Part shown: piece by piece, positions 36,756 to 50,418 of the stretch
Position numbering within the stretch: the first letter of the stretch is position 1
How the letters are laid out: each line of letters starts with the position of its first letter
Assembly (NCBI RefSeq): GCF_030684315.1
Contig: NC_081375.1
Span: 35,019,073-35,083,072 of the forward strand
Direction of reading: 5' to 3'
Source of the DNA: Stegostoma tigrinum
Taxonomy: Eukaryota
Length of the DNA stretch: 64,000 nt
Notes under the pieces: generated by a model
Databases searched by the model: none
What the model saw: the letters and a program-made list of their open reading frames with translations, nothing else
Told to the model about the DNA's origin: nothing
Position numbers and translations under genes: made by a program

Positions 36756-38155
36756 AAAGTGTCATTACATTTATTGACTTTTAGAGATTGTCACATTCAA
36801 GTCCTTAATTTGAATGCATGACCTCCTTTGATTTCTAATTAGCATCATTCAAGATGAAGCCTACTGTATGGTAACTAACAAGAACAAGAGATTTAGCATG
36901 AAACGAGAACAAAATATTTAGTTCTTAAAACCCACTGCATCCATATTGTTTACAATCCATCCTAGCTATTTTGCCTCTCTTGAGGTGGAGAGTCCTGCAT
37001 TGAAGCTTTAATACTAATTGAAGCTGTACACCACAACTCACTCCTCAGACAGCAATGCCTTGCTGTAGCAGCACAGACTATTGTGAGCAATGGGCAATTT
37101 GGTAATCTCAGAAGAACATTAGTAAGAACAGCAAAAGATCATTTGGCTATGTAAGTCTGTGTGCCATTTCATAATACCATGACTGACCTCAGTCAATACT
37201 TCTTCCTAAAAATTTCAATTATTTTGCCTGTTTTGTATTGAATAGTGTAAAGCCATGTCACTAATAGTTAAGTTATAAACTCTTCTAGATCATTGAAGAG
37301 AATTGGTTACTTTGGCTTATTTTGAAATGGATTAATTCTTTGAAGTATAACTGTGAAGTACAGGAACAGAAACTAGCTAGCAGCAGTAAAAACTGTCACA
37401 AAAATGTTTATGTAGACATTGTACTGATTTAACACATAATTAAAAGCATCTATGCAATCATTTTTTGTTTTTAAATTTACTTGTCTTATTGAACATTTAG
37501 TGTAGATAGGCCAAAGTAGGCCAGAATGGTTTGAATGGTCATAGAGTCTTTTCCACAGGGTAGATTCAAGCTGTGTACAGGGATTTTGTGGAAATATTGA
37601 TGCAGCTGACTCTGACAGAACTGAAATTTTGTTGAGGCACGCACTGTGTCTGGCACTCTCCAAGAAAGTCCCTTAGAGTCAGAGATTTCAGAGGCTTCCA
37701 ACTCACTTACGCCAAATAGTTACTCTGGAAATGTTCAAGGATTAAACAGCTTACTCAAACTCCTTGCTGTCTAATAAACTTCATCCCGAACTCACGAGTG
37801 TACCCCAACTATGCTCTGAACCCAGATACTCCTAAGACTAACACCTTCAGCCCTGACCAGATCTCACGGGACGCCCATCCCTAAAACAAAACCACTCACG
37901 CTACCCTGGTCCCACTCAATGCACCATGTGCTCCACTCATCCAGACAATACCTTCACGACTTGACACCTCACCCACTTTACTGTCACCCTCACACAACAT
38001 CCACCATAACCCCTTACCTACATGCCATCCTAACCTCTTGTTCACCTGCCACCTGGAACTCTATCCCATACCCACTGCCAGTCTAACCTCAGTGCTGCCC
38101 TACCCCCAACCCAGTTGGCACCCTAACCTCCTAACCCACCTTAAACCCTCACAGA

Positions 38156-38472
38156 AACTTCTGGAAAAACTCAGCAGGTCTGGCAGCTTCTGTGAAGAGA
38201 AACCAGAGTTAATGCTTAAGGTCGAGTGACCCTTCCTTAGAACTGATGAAAGCTAGGAAAATGTCGGTATATATGCAGATGATATGCAGAGTACTGAGGA
38301 GGAAGTAAGGAGTAAATGATGAGTGGGGTAGAGCCCAACGAGAAAGAAGAATAGGACAAAGGAGTGGATAACCACATAACTCTGATTTCTCTCCACAGAT
38401 GATTCCAGATCTACTGAGCTTTTCCAGCAGTTTTTATTTCTGATTTACAGCATCCTGCAGATCATTCAGTTT
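38156..38472. mobile_element. Family B Penelope terminus with inverted second arm, 15-bp TSD
   Basis: Homologous to 20906-21120; ttaaaccctcacaga at 38141-38155 and 38473-38487. Confidence 0.8.
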
Positions 38473-38529
38473 TTAAACCCTCACAGACCTAGCTATCTAC
38501 AACCTAATGCATTTGCCACTCCCAGCCAA

Positions 38530-38740
38530 CCCGCCTCCACACCCAAACCCCAATTTAGTTCACTAATGTTCTTTAAGGAAGGAAATCTGCTGTCCTTACT
38601 TGGTCTAACTACCTGTGACTCCAAACACTCAGCAATGAAGTTGACTCTTTCTTGCCCTCTGAAATGGCCTAGCAAGCCACCTAGCTTAAGCGCAATAAGG
38701 GATGGGCATTAAATGTGGCTGAGCCCACATTCCCATGAAA
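38530..38740 (+). mobile_element. tRNA-derived SINE 3' half
   Basis: gttcactaatgttctttaaggaaggaaatctgctgtccttac...gggatgggcattaaatg. Confidence 0.65.
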
Positions 38741-39879
38741 AATAATAAGCAAACTTCCTTCTACCTATCAAAGTGGCTGCAGGACTTTTAAACGACTGAA
38801 TACAGAGACAGTTAACACTTACTGCTGCAAAGGATGTGGTTTGCACGCCTGCTCCAATCTACTGCTGGCTGTGATATTTCCTGAATTGTTCTCTGCTCTT
38901 TCATAACGGGAAGTTCCAGGGTAGAGCTCATCAGAAGGTAAGTGTGCATTTTTTTTTAGTCTGATTAGTGTCATAAAAAAGGTTTCTGAAGCTGATCAGA
39001 ATTTGCGGACCAATATAAGTTATCAGAAATCAACTATTAAACTGAATTGTTTTCTTATATTTCTATCACATGCCTCGATAATGAAGTCGTATTTCATGGA
39101 TGCAAGCTCCTCGTGTGATCTGAAGGGTGACTGTTTACTAAAGTGCTGGTCATTTTGTTCAAAATTCAATTTCAGTAATATCTAGAAAGTTTCTACATTG
39201 AAATGACAGGTAAAATACCAAGGCATGAGTTGCAATTAATCATTTTTAAGGTAATAGCAATGTATGGTGGTTTATTCGCCCATTGAAGCAAAATGGAGAA
39301 AGCTGGGGAGAATACGCACACAGTAATATTTGTGGATTGTTATTTATTTATATGCAAATCAAAAAATGTTTCTATTATTTTCAATTTGTACTTTACTCAT
39401 TGTCTCCCGTCTTTCACTGTCACCTCTGTATGTTAAGGATTCTGTATCATTTTGTTGCAGCCTTTTGGAAACAGACTTGATCTAACACCCGTCTTAATCT
39501 GAAAATGGCTGCTGGGAAGGGCATAAGAAATTGTTTTGCCATAGAAATGGTATTTAGCCTCCTCTGGATACCTCCACAGATTGGTTCACAGCCATGTGAC
39601 AACTTGGTACCTGAGGTATTTGATCTCCAACCTGTGTTTTTGTGTCCTGCAAGGGTTCATTTATTTAACCAGTAAATGGGTGATGCTGCAGAGGCTGCAC
39701 TTGTTGCCTTGAGAAGGCTATGATGCTGGACCCAACTCTTGAACTGATGCAGTCCTTGTGATGATGGTGAGAAAGAGGCAATTCCCTGCCTTTAATCTGT
39801 ATGGAAGCACACTGGTCTTGTTTCTAAAACTGGGGAATCATCTAGTGAAGCTTGAAAAAACATCTGTATTAAACATGAA

Positions 39880-40192
39880 ATCCCTAGAGTTTACAAGCAG
39901 ACCGTTAAGCCTTTCGAGTTGACACGGATCTTCCAAAGAGCAACCCACACAGACCCAATTTCTGTAACCCTGAATTTCCCCTGACTAATCTACCTAACCT
40001 ACACATATCTGGACACTATGGGCAATTTAGCATGGCCAACTCAACCTGCACATCTTTGGACTGTGGGAGGAAACCAGAGCACCCAGAGGAAACCCACACA
40101 GACACGGGGACAATGTGCTAACTCCACACAACCAGTCACCCCAGGGTGGAATTGAACCCAGTCCCTTGCACTGTGAGTCATCTGTGCCACCA
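39880..40192 (-). mobile_element. V-SINE (HE1-like elasmobranch SINE)
   Basis: V-domain gtgtggagtt..cccgtgtctgtgtgggtttcctctgggtgctctggtttcctcccacagtccaaagatgtgcagg on the minus strand, with B box gggttcaattcc. Confidence 0.85.
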
Positions 40193-41018
40193 TCCTATTC
40201 AAATTTGGGCCATATGCAAAAGATAATCCTTAGCATAAAGAAATGCATAGTTATTAATACAGAATATAAGGCACATTTGAAACTCTGCTGAAGCTCACCT
40301 TTTATGAAGTGCTTCATGTTTGCCATAATGTGGCTGAGAAGTGGTACAGTGTAGAAGGTGGCCACTCAGCTCATTTTGTCTGCATTGGTTTGTTAAATGA
40401 GAAACATTGCCTCGATCTAATATGACCCTAACTTTATAAAGCTTAATCTTGCAGTACTGGAATAATATAAAACTGTGGATTCTGACAAAGAATCACTGGA
40501 CTGGAAATATTACCTATTTTTCTCTCCACAGATGCAGCGAGACCTGCTGAGTTTCTTCAGCAATTTGTTTTTGGTCCTGCTTTCGTGTACTTTTTTTTTA
40601 AAACAGTGTCTTTCATGACATAACAAGCAGGGAGTCAAGACCAAGTTCATATTCAGCTCATTGGCTGGGGAGGAATGACTAGCCCAACAAAGAGAAGCTG
40701 GGAGGAATGAGGGTGGAAGAATGACCAGGAATTGGGTGTGGAAAGTGTTACATGTGGACAGAGAAGAGAGGTGAGATAAATAGTGGCCTAGGGTTTGATT
40801 ATTGATGGGTGGGTGTGGAAGCTTCCATAAAATGAAATGTAGTGACGTCTTACTGGCCCCAAATTATATTCTACCAAACTATATCCAGCAAGCCTCAGGG
40901 CAATCATAAAATGAAGACAGAATATGCAACATGCTTAACTATTTACAGTACCTTTTTGTCAGGAATATACACCAGAGTGTACCACTTTTTAAAAAAGAAC
41001 TTTGTTTTTCTAAACTTT

Positions 41019-41354
41019 AGAATCACAGACTCCCTGCCATGTGGAAAGAAGCCATTCCGTCTATCAAGTCCAAAGAGCGTCCTGCCCCCGCCTTATCCCC
41101 ACAACCCTATCCCCATAACCTTGTATTTCCCATCACTAATCCACACATCCCTAGACTCTAAATGGGTAATTTAGCATGGCCAGTCCACCTAACCTGCCCA
41201 TCTTTGGACTTCGGTAGAAATTGGAGCACCCAGTTGGAAACTCAAGCAAACACAGGGAAAATGTGCAAACTCCACACAGACAATCACCCACGCTGGAATT
41301 GAACCCAGGTCCCTGGTACTGGGAAGCAGCATTGCTAACCACTGAGCCACCCAC
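41019..41354 (-). mobile_element. V-SINE (HE1-like)
   Basis: tggctcagtggttagc A box, gggttcaattcc B box and V-domain. Confidence 0.85.
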
Positions 41355-41397
41355 AAATAAATGAACTTGAGTCTGATAGGGTCCTTACTGAGACAGC

Positions 41398-41403
41398 TTT
41401 ATT
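41398..41403 (-). terminator. Candidate CYBC1 polyadenylation signal (AATAAA)
   Basis: TTTATT on the plus strand, ~1.8 kb downstream of the CYBC1 stop; an alternative lies near 41551. Confidence 0.35.
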
Positions 41404-43222
41404 GAAAAGTAACAGATATACACATTAGTTAATCAGAATGACAGTGAAAATAGCCAAGAGCTTTACAATGCAACTTGTTGTGGTGACTTTTAGACATTTC
41501 TTTTCCATGCCAAGGTTATTCATGTGCATTGGCAAATAGTATGAAATGTTTTTATTATTATTGCAGCTTTTGCAATTCAATCACATTTCATTGACATTTT
41601 GGGAAATGAATCGAGTTCCAGCATCAAGTGGGCTTTTCATCCATCCCCAGCAAGCCAGAATACTGAGATAGAGCTGTCCTGCCAGCATGCAAACTCATGA
41701 GTTTGAGTAGCTGGCTCCATTCCTCATTTTGTAGACTCCAAGTTTTCAATGACCTGAAAAACGTGACCCAAACTCTTACCTGCCAAATTCATACAGATTA
41801 ATTTACCTCTCTCCCATCATGAATATAACCAATGAATACATACAATGTGAAACCTAATGTACATCTATGCCAAACGGATAGATTAGGCCTTTACTGACAC
41901 TTAAGATTTATCAAATCAAGATTTCACTGTCTCCATCCCCTTCCCAAGGAGCAGATGTAATTTATAGTACATTTCATTTGTTTTTTTCATGACACATGGC
42001 ATTGCTGACAAAGTCAGCATTTATTGCCGGTGCCTAATTACCCTTCGAAAGTACTCATGAGTCACCTTCTTCATTTGCTGCTGTCCACACGGTGTGGAGT
42101 TTCTGGATATTGGCTCAGCGCCCATGCTGGAACAACTATATTAATTCACATCAGGATGATGTGGGGCTTTGAAGGGAATTTTGTAAGTGGTGGTGTCCTT
42201 TTGAGTTTGCTGGCCTTTTCCTTTTGGGTCGCGGAGATCACTGGTTTGGAAAGTGCTGCTGTGAACCTGGTGATAGTACACGATGCTGTTACTGCATTGG
42301 TGGAGAGAATCAATGTTTAATGTTGTTGATGAGGTCCCAATTGACAAAACTGCTTTGTCTGGATGCTGTCAAGCTTTTTGAGCATTGGTGGAACTGCACT
42401 GATCAAGGGAGTGTTCTATCATGTTCCTGAACTGTGAATTGTGTATGGTACACAGGCCGAGGTGATGAGGTGCTCAGTGTAATATTGTCAGCCTCTAATC
42501 TTTTCAGCAGGCCAATACCCAAACTGGAAAGTCTGCCAACGTCACATCTCTATGTCCCTTGCAAAATTAAGTTTCAGCTGGACAGGGTGTTCAGCATTGA
42601 ATCATGCTTTTACTCCATCTCTCTTAAATATAGTACCCTCATAAGACAATTGTGTACAAAATATATTTATCCAAACACACTTTTTGATATACTATGAAAG
42701 CTCTCAGCCTTTAAACACTAATGACTCCTTGTCTATGTTTTTGGTTTTACTGAAATATACAAATAATCTGCAGTTTTTCATTGCATTCTTTCATTTTATA
42801 CATAATCAATTGATTAGGTTTTGCTTTAGAAGAAAACACAAAGTGAATTGAAAAAGACAATAAACAGAAGACGCTTGTAAGGATAGTCACAACTGAAACA
42901 AAGGTTCTCCATTCAATATTTCAGACGTAACTAGTTATTGTATTTTAAAGCTTTTTTTGTGCATTTGATCAAAGTAGCGTTCTGCCAAAGCGTTACATCA
43001 GCAACACTGAAATACTAAAAATTATAGTGTCTTATTTCACCAGCAAAGAAGTTGGCATTGCAGCATGTAACTAAGAGCTGGACATTGCTTCCTGTGCAGT
43101 TTCACAGCCAGTTTGTTTAAGGCTGATTCTTTAATGTTCCTCAAATGTGCAGACTTTAAAAGCCCTGTGTTTACTTTTGGTTGTATGCTTAATGTCCGCA
43201 AAATGTTTCTCGCTAATAATCT

Positions 43223-43349
43223 TCAGTTCTTTTCATTATCACTGCCAGTGCCATCACTACTGTCTAGAGACAATCCCATTTTATCTTCAACGGATGGTTT
43301 GTTAAGGTTTAGAAAGTTAGTTATAAGTTGTGCTACAGCAGCAACATCA
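43223..43349 (-). CDS. CYBC1: CYBC1 (EROS) last coding exon
   Basis: SDVAAVAQLITNFLNL..SSDGTGSDNEKN-TGA, compared with human SDVEAIAKLITSFLEL; summed CDS 573 nt, 190 aa. Confidence 0.93.
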
Positions 43350-44748
43350 CTGTGAAAGGAAAGGAAAAGCGAGGCAAGTTAGAACTGCAGACATTTTCAA
43401 ACAACACAAACCATTTTCCCCCTATCTTCCACACCTGCATAATCTCAAATTCATATCACTACATAACATCAGCTTCAAGTCAGACATGTAGTAGATGGAA
43501 TCATTAATGGTCATCCTTCAAACCTGAATAGAGATATACTGATAAGGCAGTAAATCCTTTACTCTTTCCAATTTGCTTCAGCTTACATGGTATCAATATC
43601 AATTCTTCAAAATAATTTTATGGCAATGCTTTGGAACGCTGAATGAGCTAAAATGCTTGCTTTTCTTCCGTTACCCAACCATTCTATCTTCACTTTCCTC
43701 TTGTAAAATCATTTTTGTGTCATCTTTGCCTCTGAATTTCATGTTTTACTAAAGAGGAAGAACGTGTGCAATTTGCAGCCGGATTTCTCAGGCCCTGCAT
43801 TCAGATAAATGAGGCACAAGGACAACCTCAATTTTCTCCCCTTTTTCCCTCTGACGAATGGGATTGTGAAGCACTCGGCTCCAGGCTGACACTTTCAGAA
43901 TAATACAAAGATATGAGTGATCATGAAACCAGAACATCTTACTACTTTTTGGAAACACTTTTGAAATGATGCACATTGAAAGACATAAACAGTTATATTT
44001 CTGTAGTGGTGACTTCAATCTTTTATTAAGTAACCAGTGCCAAAATGCCAATGGTATTTAATGGGGAACAACTGGATATATAAACAAAATTTTATTCTGC
44101 TCCCACCCCCAGCTGACATAGTAAAAACTTCAGACAGTATCTTCATGATGAATTACACCATTAATAAAAATAGAAAGTACTAGTAAAGCTGAGCGTGTCG
44201 GACATCATTTCTCTCTTCAAGTATTTCAACAAGCCTGCTCAGCACTTTCTGCCTTTATTTCAAATCTCAGCAAGTATAGTATTTTATTCATATTTACATT
44301 ATTAGTGGTTGGTCGATGTACTTTTTTTTGTCACAGTTTGTAGTCAGAACCAATGAACAATGTTTAAAAATATGAACGAAAAGAACTGGGAGTGCTGCAA
44401 ATCAGAAACCAAAAACCAAAATTGCTGCCAGACCTGCTGACATTTTTCAGCATCGAAGCTATTGCTATGTAGACACTATAAGTCAGGCAGTATACTATCC
44501 AACTCGTCTATACTGTAATGTATGGTCTTTTGTTTCACTCCCCTTCATTTAACTCTCTTAGCATATCTTTCTATTCTTTTCTTCCTCACGTGCTGATTTA
44601 CCTTGCTTTAATATGAATCCAAACCAAATAGAGTGGTATCACTTCCACTTTGTCAGATTTTATAAAACATATGTATTTAATTAGTCTCTGGACTATGTTC
44701 ATTAATAAATCAAAACAAATCTCAATAGTTAAAAGTTTAATTACTTGC

Positions 44749-44893
44749 CTTCGATTACTTAACACTGCACTTTGAGTAATTGGGTGTGAAAACCCAGTTG
44801 CAAACCGCAGTACCACAAGGTATCCTTTTCCCAAATAGCGGACCCTCTCCTCCTCTACAGTAACGGCACGAATATGCTGGAGCTGTGCCACCA
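44749..44893 (-). CDS. CYBC1: CYBC1 coding exon 5 (GC donor)
   Basis: VVAQLQHIRAVTVEEERVRYLGKGYLVVLRFATGFSHPITQSAVLSNR; 145 nt; donor AG|GCAAGT. Confidence 0.96.
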
Positions 44894-45109
44894 CTATAAA
44901 TGGAACACAGTTATTTAAACGCTACTAGCAAAGCAAGTATTACACAAGATCATCAAACCAACATTGCATGAACACATTTTACAAGAAGACATAAGTGGTA
45001 GCACAACTCTATACCTGAAGATGTCGAAGCAGCCATGCAGAAGTAGAACATGCGAAATCTATCCTGCAAGACTGTAGCCAACATAATCAGACCGTTATTC
45101 AGGTTTTTT

Positions 45110-45470
45110 TAAATTCATTCATGAGGTGAATTTATCCTTGGCTAGGCAAGCTGATCACTAATTGCTGTGGAATTTATTGGTTTGCTAGGTCATTTCAGAG
45201 GGCAGTTAATAGCCAACCACATTGCTCTGAGTCTTGAGTCACATGTAGGTCAGCCCAAGTAAGGACAGCAAATTTCCTTCTCTACAGGACATTTGTGAAC
45301 AGATAGGCCTTTATCATAATCAACAAGTAGGTATTTCATTGGCATTAAGCCAGTTTTTTTTTTAATTCAAGATTTTTGTTGAATTTAAATTTTACCATCC
45401 ACCATGATGAATTTGAACCAGTGTCCCCAAAACACTTATAGCTTGGGGTTTTAGATTACTAGCCCAATCA
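45110..45470 (-). mobile_element. tRNA-derived SINE, decayed
   Basis: Homologous to 9005-9362. Confidence 0.6.
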
Positions 45471-46109
45471 CATTGGTACTGTCTATCTTTCTGTCTTACA
45501 CAAACTCTTGAATGGACCAAAGACTGCCACTTACAGACCTGGAAAATGCATAATCTGGCTCAGTTTAAATTGGAAAGACAAAGTACCTCAAAAATGTGAA
45601 CAAAGGGTTAGGGAAACCATTTCACTATGCAACAGGTACAGCAGGGGGATATTCCACTAATAGGAAGCTAACAATCCAAGGGATGTTCTGCCTACCACGA
45701 AATTGAATGATGTCATGTATGGAAGTTCAGTGCCAGTACGAAGCCAGTATGTAGGCTGTACATTCTACTGACCAGTTGATTTAATGAAAATGGCATGGTT
45801 TTTTGTTTTTTTTCTGAAGGTAGTACACAGACCATACCCAACCACCCAGCTTGGCAAAGTCCAAAACAAAACATTAATCGGGGGTGGGGGAGGTACCCAA
45901 CTTATGAGCCTCCAATTATGAACGCTCATAATTATGAACGTGATCTCATACAGGGGTGTGATTTTAAAGATCAGACATGTGAACATTTCCTGCACTTGCA
46001 AATAGCACCTTTATATTGTCCTGCATTGTCTTCTGACATGCGTGCAAATTGACTTGCAAACAAACCCCAGAATGGAACCTGTTCACAACCCTAGGACTGC
46101 CTTATTGTT

Positions 46110-46500
46110 AGATATGATTCTGTGATCAGGTAGCACTTGCTGAGCAACCCCAAGTGTGTTAATAGCTACACTGACACTGAATATAAAATAATCTGTCAAG
46201 CTAATGTTGTCAAACACTTACACTTTTCAGAGGCAACATGAATCCATACACAGGTACCCGTCCTCTGCCGCAAAAAGAATATTTTCATGTCTGCCCCTTT
46301 TTCAAATTACACGCAAGCTTGGTGAGCTTATAATCCCTCATTTCTTTCCCATTGGAATACCTCAACAAATCTGTGACAACTTGCCAATCAATCAGTACCC
46401 TTTACTAGTGTAACATAAATTGTTATCACCATTTGAAATTTGGCATTCTTAAATTTATCCTGAAAGTACATGATAACAAATTTCAGCAACGTCTACCTTT
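46110..46500 (+). mobile_element. Ancient Penelope GIY-YIG C-terminal remnant
   Basis: gattctgtgatcaggtagcacttgctgagcaacccc (DSxIxxHLLSNP) and ccgtcctctgccgcaaaaagaa (PxLCRxKE-like). Confidence 0.45.
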
Positions 46501-46865
46501 TCAGCAATATTCATGCTTGGTACTATCAAGTTTCCACCTCTCTATGTTACAGTGATATCATCATCTGCATGTGAAGTTTCATGTTAAGAAGCTAGCCTTT
46601 TCATGAAAGACTAAATCTTTGGTTTAACCTTATTCCTAAACTGAGCTATGGTTGAGTTTGAAAATGTTGATTTGTTGATCTCAGCCAAACCAGGTGATGG
46701 TGGCAATGTAGGAGAAATTAAAATTAATTTATAATTGGTATAAAGTAAATAATTATCCATTCCAGACAGTATGCTTTAGTTTGAGCTTTCTACCATCATG
46801 CTCACTATGGCCCCATGTCAACCTGAATGTTTTTGTGATTGACGAAATACAAATTTACACTTCAC

Positions 46866-46962
46866 CTTGTTCTTGACTTTTATTCCACATGGTCAATATC
46901 CTTGTATAAAGGTTAAAATTTTTAAGAACTGCATTCCCTTTATTCTTGTCAAATATGACTTC
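46866..46962 (-). CDS. CYBC1: CYBC1 coding exon 4
   Basis: EVIFDKNKGNAVLKNFNLYTRILTMWNKSQEQ; 97 nt. Confidence 0.95.
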
Positions 46963-47424
46963 CTGAAAAACAGAAAAACTACCTTTCAATGAATGAAAAT
47001 ATATAACGCTTCAGATTACAGTCCCAATTCTTAACAACGTATAAGCGTTCTACAACATGCTAATCTGTAATTCTCATTTCATAAATCAAAGTTTATAATG
47101 CTATGCCCAGAGTTTAAGTTTTCTGTAAGCATTGTGGGTTATTTTAATGCAATATTAGAATACATAATCAGGAATTGTAAAAGCATTCATGCTTTTCATG
47201 TTTACTTGTTTGTTTCTTATCAATATGAAAGTAGCATTTCAACACTACCATCTACTGCTAAATGTTAAGTTGGCAAACAGAAACCCAGTTGAGAGCTGAC
47301 AGAAGTCAAATGTTGGCCAACATTATTCAAGGAGGCAGAATTAGACTTGAAATCACGTTAGGGTTATTTGGCCTTATGAATGTGTCACCAATCCTGAAAT
47401 GAACATTTTTTTCCTCCTGTGAAA

Positions 47425-47764
47425 TTCACAGAATCCTTACCGTGTGGAAGCAGGCCATTTGTCCCATTGAGTGCACACCAACCCTCTGAAGAGCATCTCA
47501 GCGAGACGTACCATGGCTATTGAATCCCTGTAACCCTGCATTTCCCATGGTACACCCCTGGACACTATAGGCAATTTTAACAATGGCAATCCACCTATCT
47601 TTCACATCCTTGGACTGTGGGAGGAAACTGCAGCACCCGGAGGAAACTCAAGCAGACATGAGGAGAATGTGCAAACTCCATACAGACAGTTGCCTGAGGG
47701 TAGAATCGAACTCAGATCCCTGGCACTGAGAGGCAGCGATGCTACCCACTGAGCCACCGTGCCA
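47425..47764 (-). mobile_element. V-SINE (HE1-like)
   Basis: ggcacggtggctcagtgggtagc head and V-domain. Confidence 0.85.
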
Positions 47765-48597
47765 CTCTTTAATTCAGCTAACAAAAAGTTAAATCCACAC
47801 AACACTCCAAGCTTTTGAATTTATGGATTGTTCCAGGTAAAGATTCTGGCCAGGGGAGTTTCTCTTCTGTAATACATCCTAAGACTTTCTGTCAGTTTTC
47901 AGCATTTAGGGATTGCTGACAAGATCAGTATTTTTCCTCCATCCCTGGATACTGAGAAGACGGGCTTCTGAACTAAGACTGGCTAGGACACTTCAGAACA
48001 CAATTACAAGAGAATTATGTTTTTCTAGGACTGTAATTACATACAGGTCAGACTGGATAAGGACAGGATGCCTTCCGTGAAGAAAATTAGTAAACCACTT
48101 TTTATCTCCAACAACATCGAACAGTGTTTATATTGAATTGCATTTTTCAAGTTGTGTTGAATTCAAACTTCTACTGTGTGGAATTTTAATCTGGATGCAT
48201 GGATTACTACGCCAGCAATACACCCCTAAACACTGATTAAAGAGATGGTGGAGTTAAGACTTTCCAGTAACTATTCACAAATAGCGACTTGGAATAGTTC
48301 AATGCACATGAACCCAATGGGACAGACTGCCAGCACAGTAGCTGTCAGCGAGGCCCACAACTTGAGGAAGCAGGATCAAGTTTAATGGACATCTCAAAAG
48401 TTGAGAAGTGATGTTGACACCATGTTGGACTTCTACAGTGCAGCATTTCTTGAAAGATTTTCAAGATGAATACTAAATACTTGATAACATTCTATAATTC
48501 ACAAGTAGCCGAATAAATCATTTATAAACATGGATTCATGCTGTTGTAATATCATTACTACCAAAAGCAAGTTTTAAGTATGTAGCTACTTTCCTAC

Positions 48598-48671
48598 CTC
48601 CCAGTCTTCCAAGTTTTGTACGGCCACAAATAAACAGCCCACAACATAGAACAACTTCCATCCCAAATTGT
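48598..48671 (-). CDS. CYBC1: CYBC1 coding exon 3
   Basis: DNLGWKLFYVVGCLFVAVQNLEDWE; 74 nt. Confidence 0.97.
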
Positions 48672-49886
48672 CTGAAAACAATGAGTACACAACTTTTATT
48701 AATTCACTCATAACTACCCCTCACTTATAATAACAATTCAGTCAAAAGTTCAGTCACAGCACCTTATCGCCTTGATTTCACAGTTGGTATGCCAGCTGCA
48801 ACTCATACTAATATTTTAAATTCATAAAACCTCATGTCTAGGTGCAGATCTGCGTTCATTCTTTAAATAATTCTACCTGATTTAGGCCAATATTCTTTGC
48901 AGGAGTCCTGGTCCCATTTATACTGTGCAGCCATCATTTTGGAGGGTCCAACATTAGTCCAGAAAGAGTCACCGTCAATTTTTTTACTTCCTACTTTCTC
49001 TCTGTAGCAAGTTTCTTATTTCTAGTCCACCTCACTTGAAAATTAAATCAGTATCAGAAACTTCTGCACTGCTGGTACACTGACCACAATCGTTAATTTT
49101 GACAACTGTAAACTATCTTCATGCTCTGATGCAAATATATATTGTTATTATTTATAAACCCAGGAGACTGATTTTTTAAAGCTGTTAAGAGATGGACAAT
49201 TTTGTCCTTTCATTGTTTCATAATTCTTAAACTAGAAGTGGCTGGCAGGAGAGAAAATAAGTTTCAAGAAACTGCATCTTCCCAAGCAGTCATCAATTGA
49301 TTTGTCCCACTGGCAATATTTTGACACCACATGTATGCAGTTTATCATTTCTGTGATTATAATAAACTGCAAATTTGAGAATACAAATGAGTTGAGATCA
49401 ACCTGGACATGTACTCAGTCACATTAGACAATTTAAACACAAGATATATCAGAAAAGCAGGTAAGTCAGAATGCTTACTTGAAAAGAACTTTCAAGATTT
49501 TCCTGCATTTAAATCGAATTAGGTCTTGCTCACCAAAGCCAAAGAAGTTTTCATATTAACTCATTAGAATTCCACTGTTCACTTCCTTCACTCCTGAATC
49601 CAATATTTTAAAATGCTTTGTTTGCAAAGCATCAGCTTCCTTCCTGCTTTAGACCCCTTACTCATTTTTTTTCATATTTCTGCAACTTTGTCTATTTTGC
49701 CTAAGCTTATGGCTTTAATTATGTGAATTCAAACTGGCACATATGTGCATTGACTTAATCTTTCCAGGTCACTTTTGTTCAGAGATATTTCAGCAATTTG
49801 CAATTTACACACATTTTTTTAAAATCAGTAAAAGGAGCTACAGCAATCAGAAGGATGTGGAACAATTGCACTCTGAATGTTCCTAC

Positions 49887-49928
49887 CTGTACTATAGTAA
49901 GCAGCAGCTAAACCAATAGAGCCAATTC
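49887..49928 (-). CDS. CYBC1: CYBC1 coding exon 2
   Basis: GIGSIGLAAAYYST; 42 nt, AG/GT. Confidence 0.95.
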
Positions 49929-50418
49929 CTACAGGAGAGAAACAAGAATTTCTGTGTTAACTACTTTTATACAGCTCTGGTATTGGTGTCCTCAAGTAAC
50001 TTACATTAAATCACTTCATTTTTCCTCGTTACAGCCCAACATAAATTAATGTTTTGGAGCAAAACATCTCAAAAACATTCCCCACAATGAATTAAACTTA
50101 AAATGTAGAGGGATATCTGGCATTTGCACTGTGCCAATAATATTCCACAGGAAGACAATAACCACATGATTTTTTTTATTTTAGTGATAGTATTAAGGAA
50201 GAAACGTTGATCAGGATACCCAGAAAACTCTCTCCTCTTATTTGAATAAGCACATGAAACCCTTAATGTTCACCTAAACCGCCAGAGGGTGAAAATCAGA
50301 TTCTGGTTGAAATGTATTGTCGTCAACACAACCCAACAACGCAGTACTGATTCATGTTATGGATCTTAAGTCCATACACTTATAAAGCAGAAATGAGTGT
50401 GTCTACAATTAATTCAAA

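Noticed and set aside
45015-45063. 49-nt AG/GT-bounded cryptic exon in CYBC1
   Set aside because: It has a weak pyrimidine tract, would frameshift and has no homology; the CDS is complete without it.
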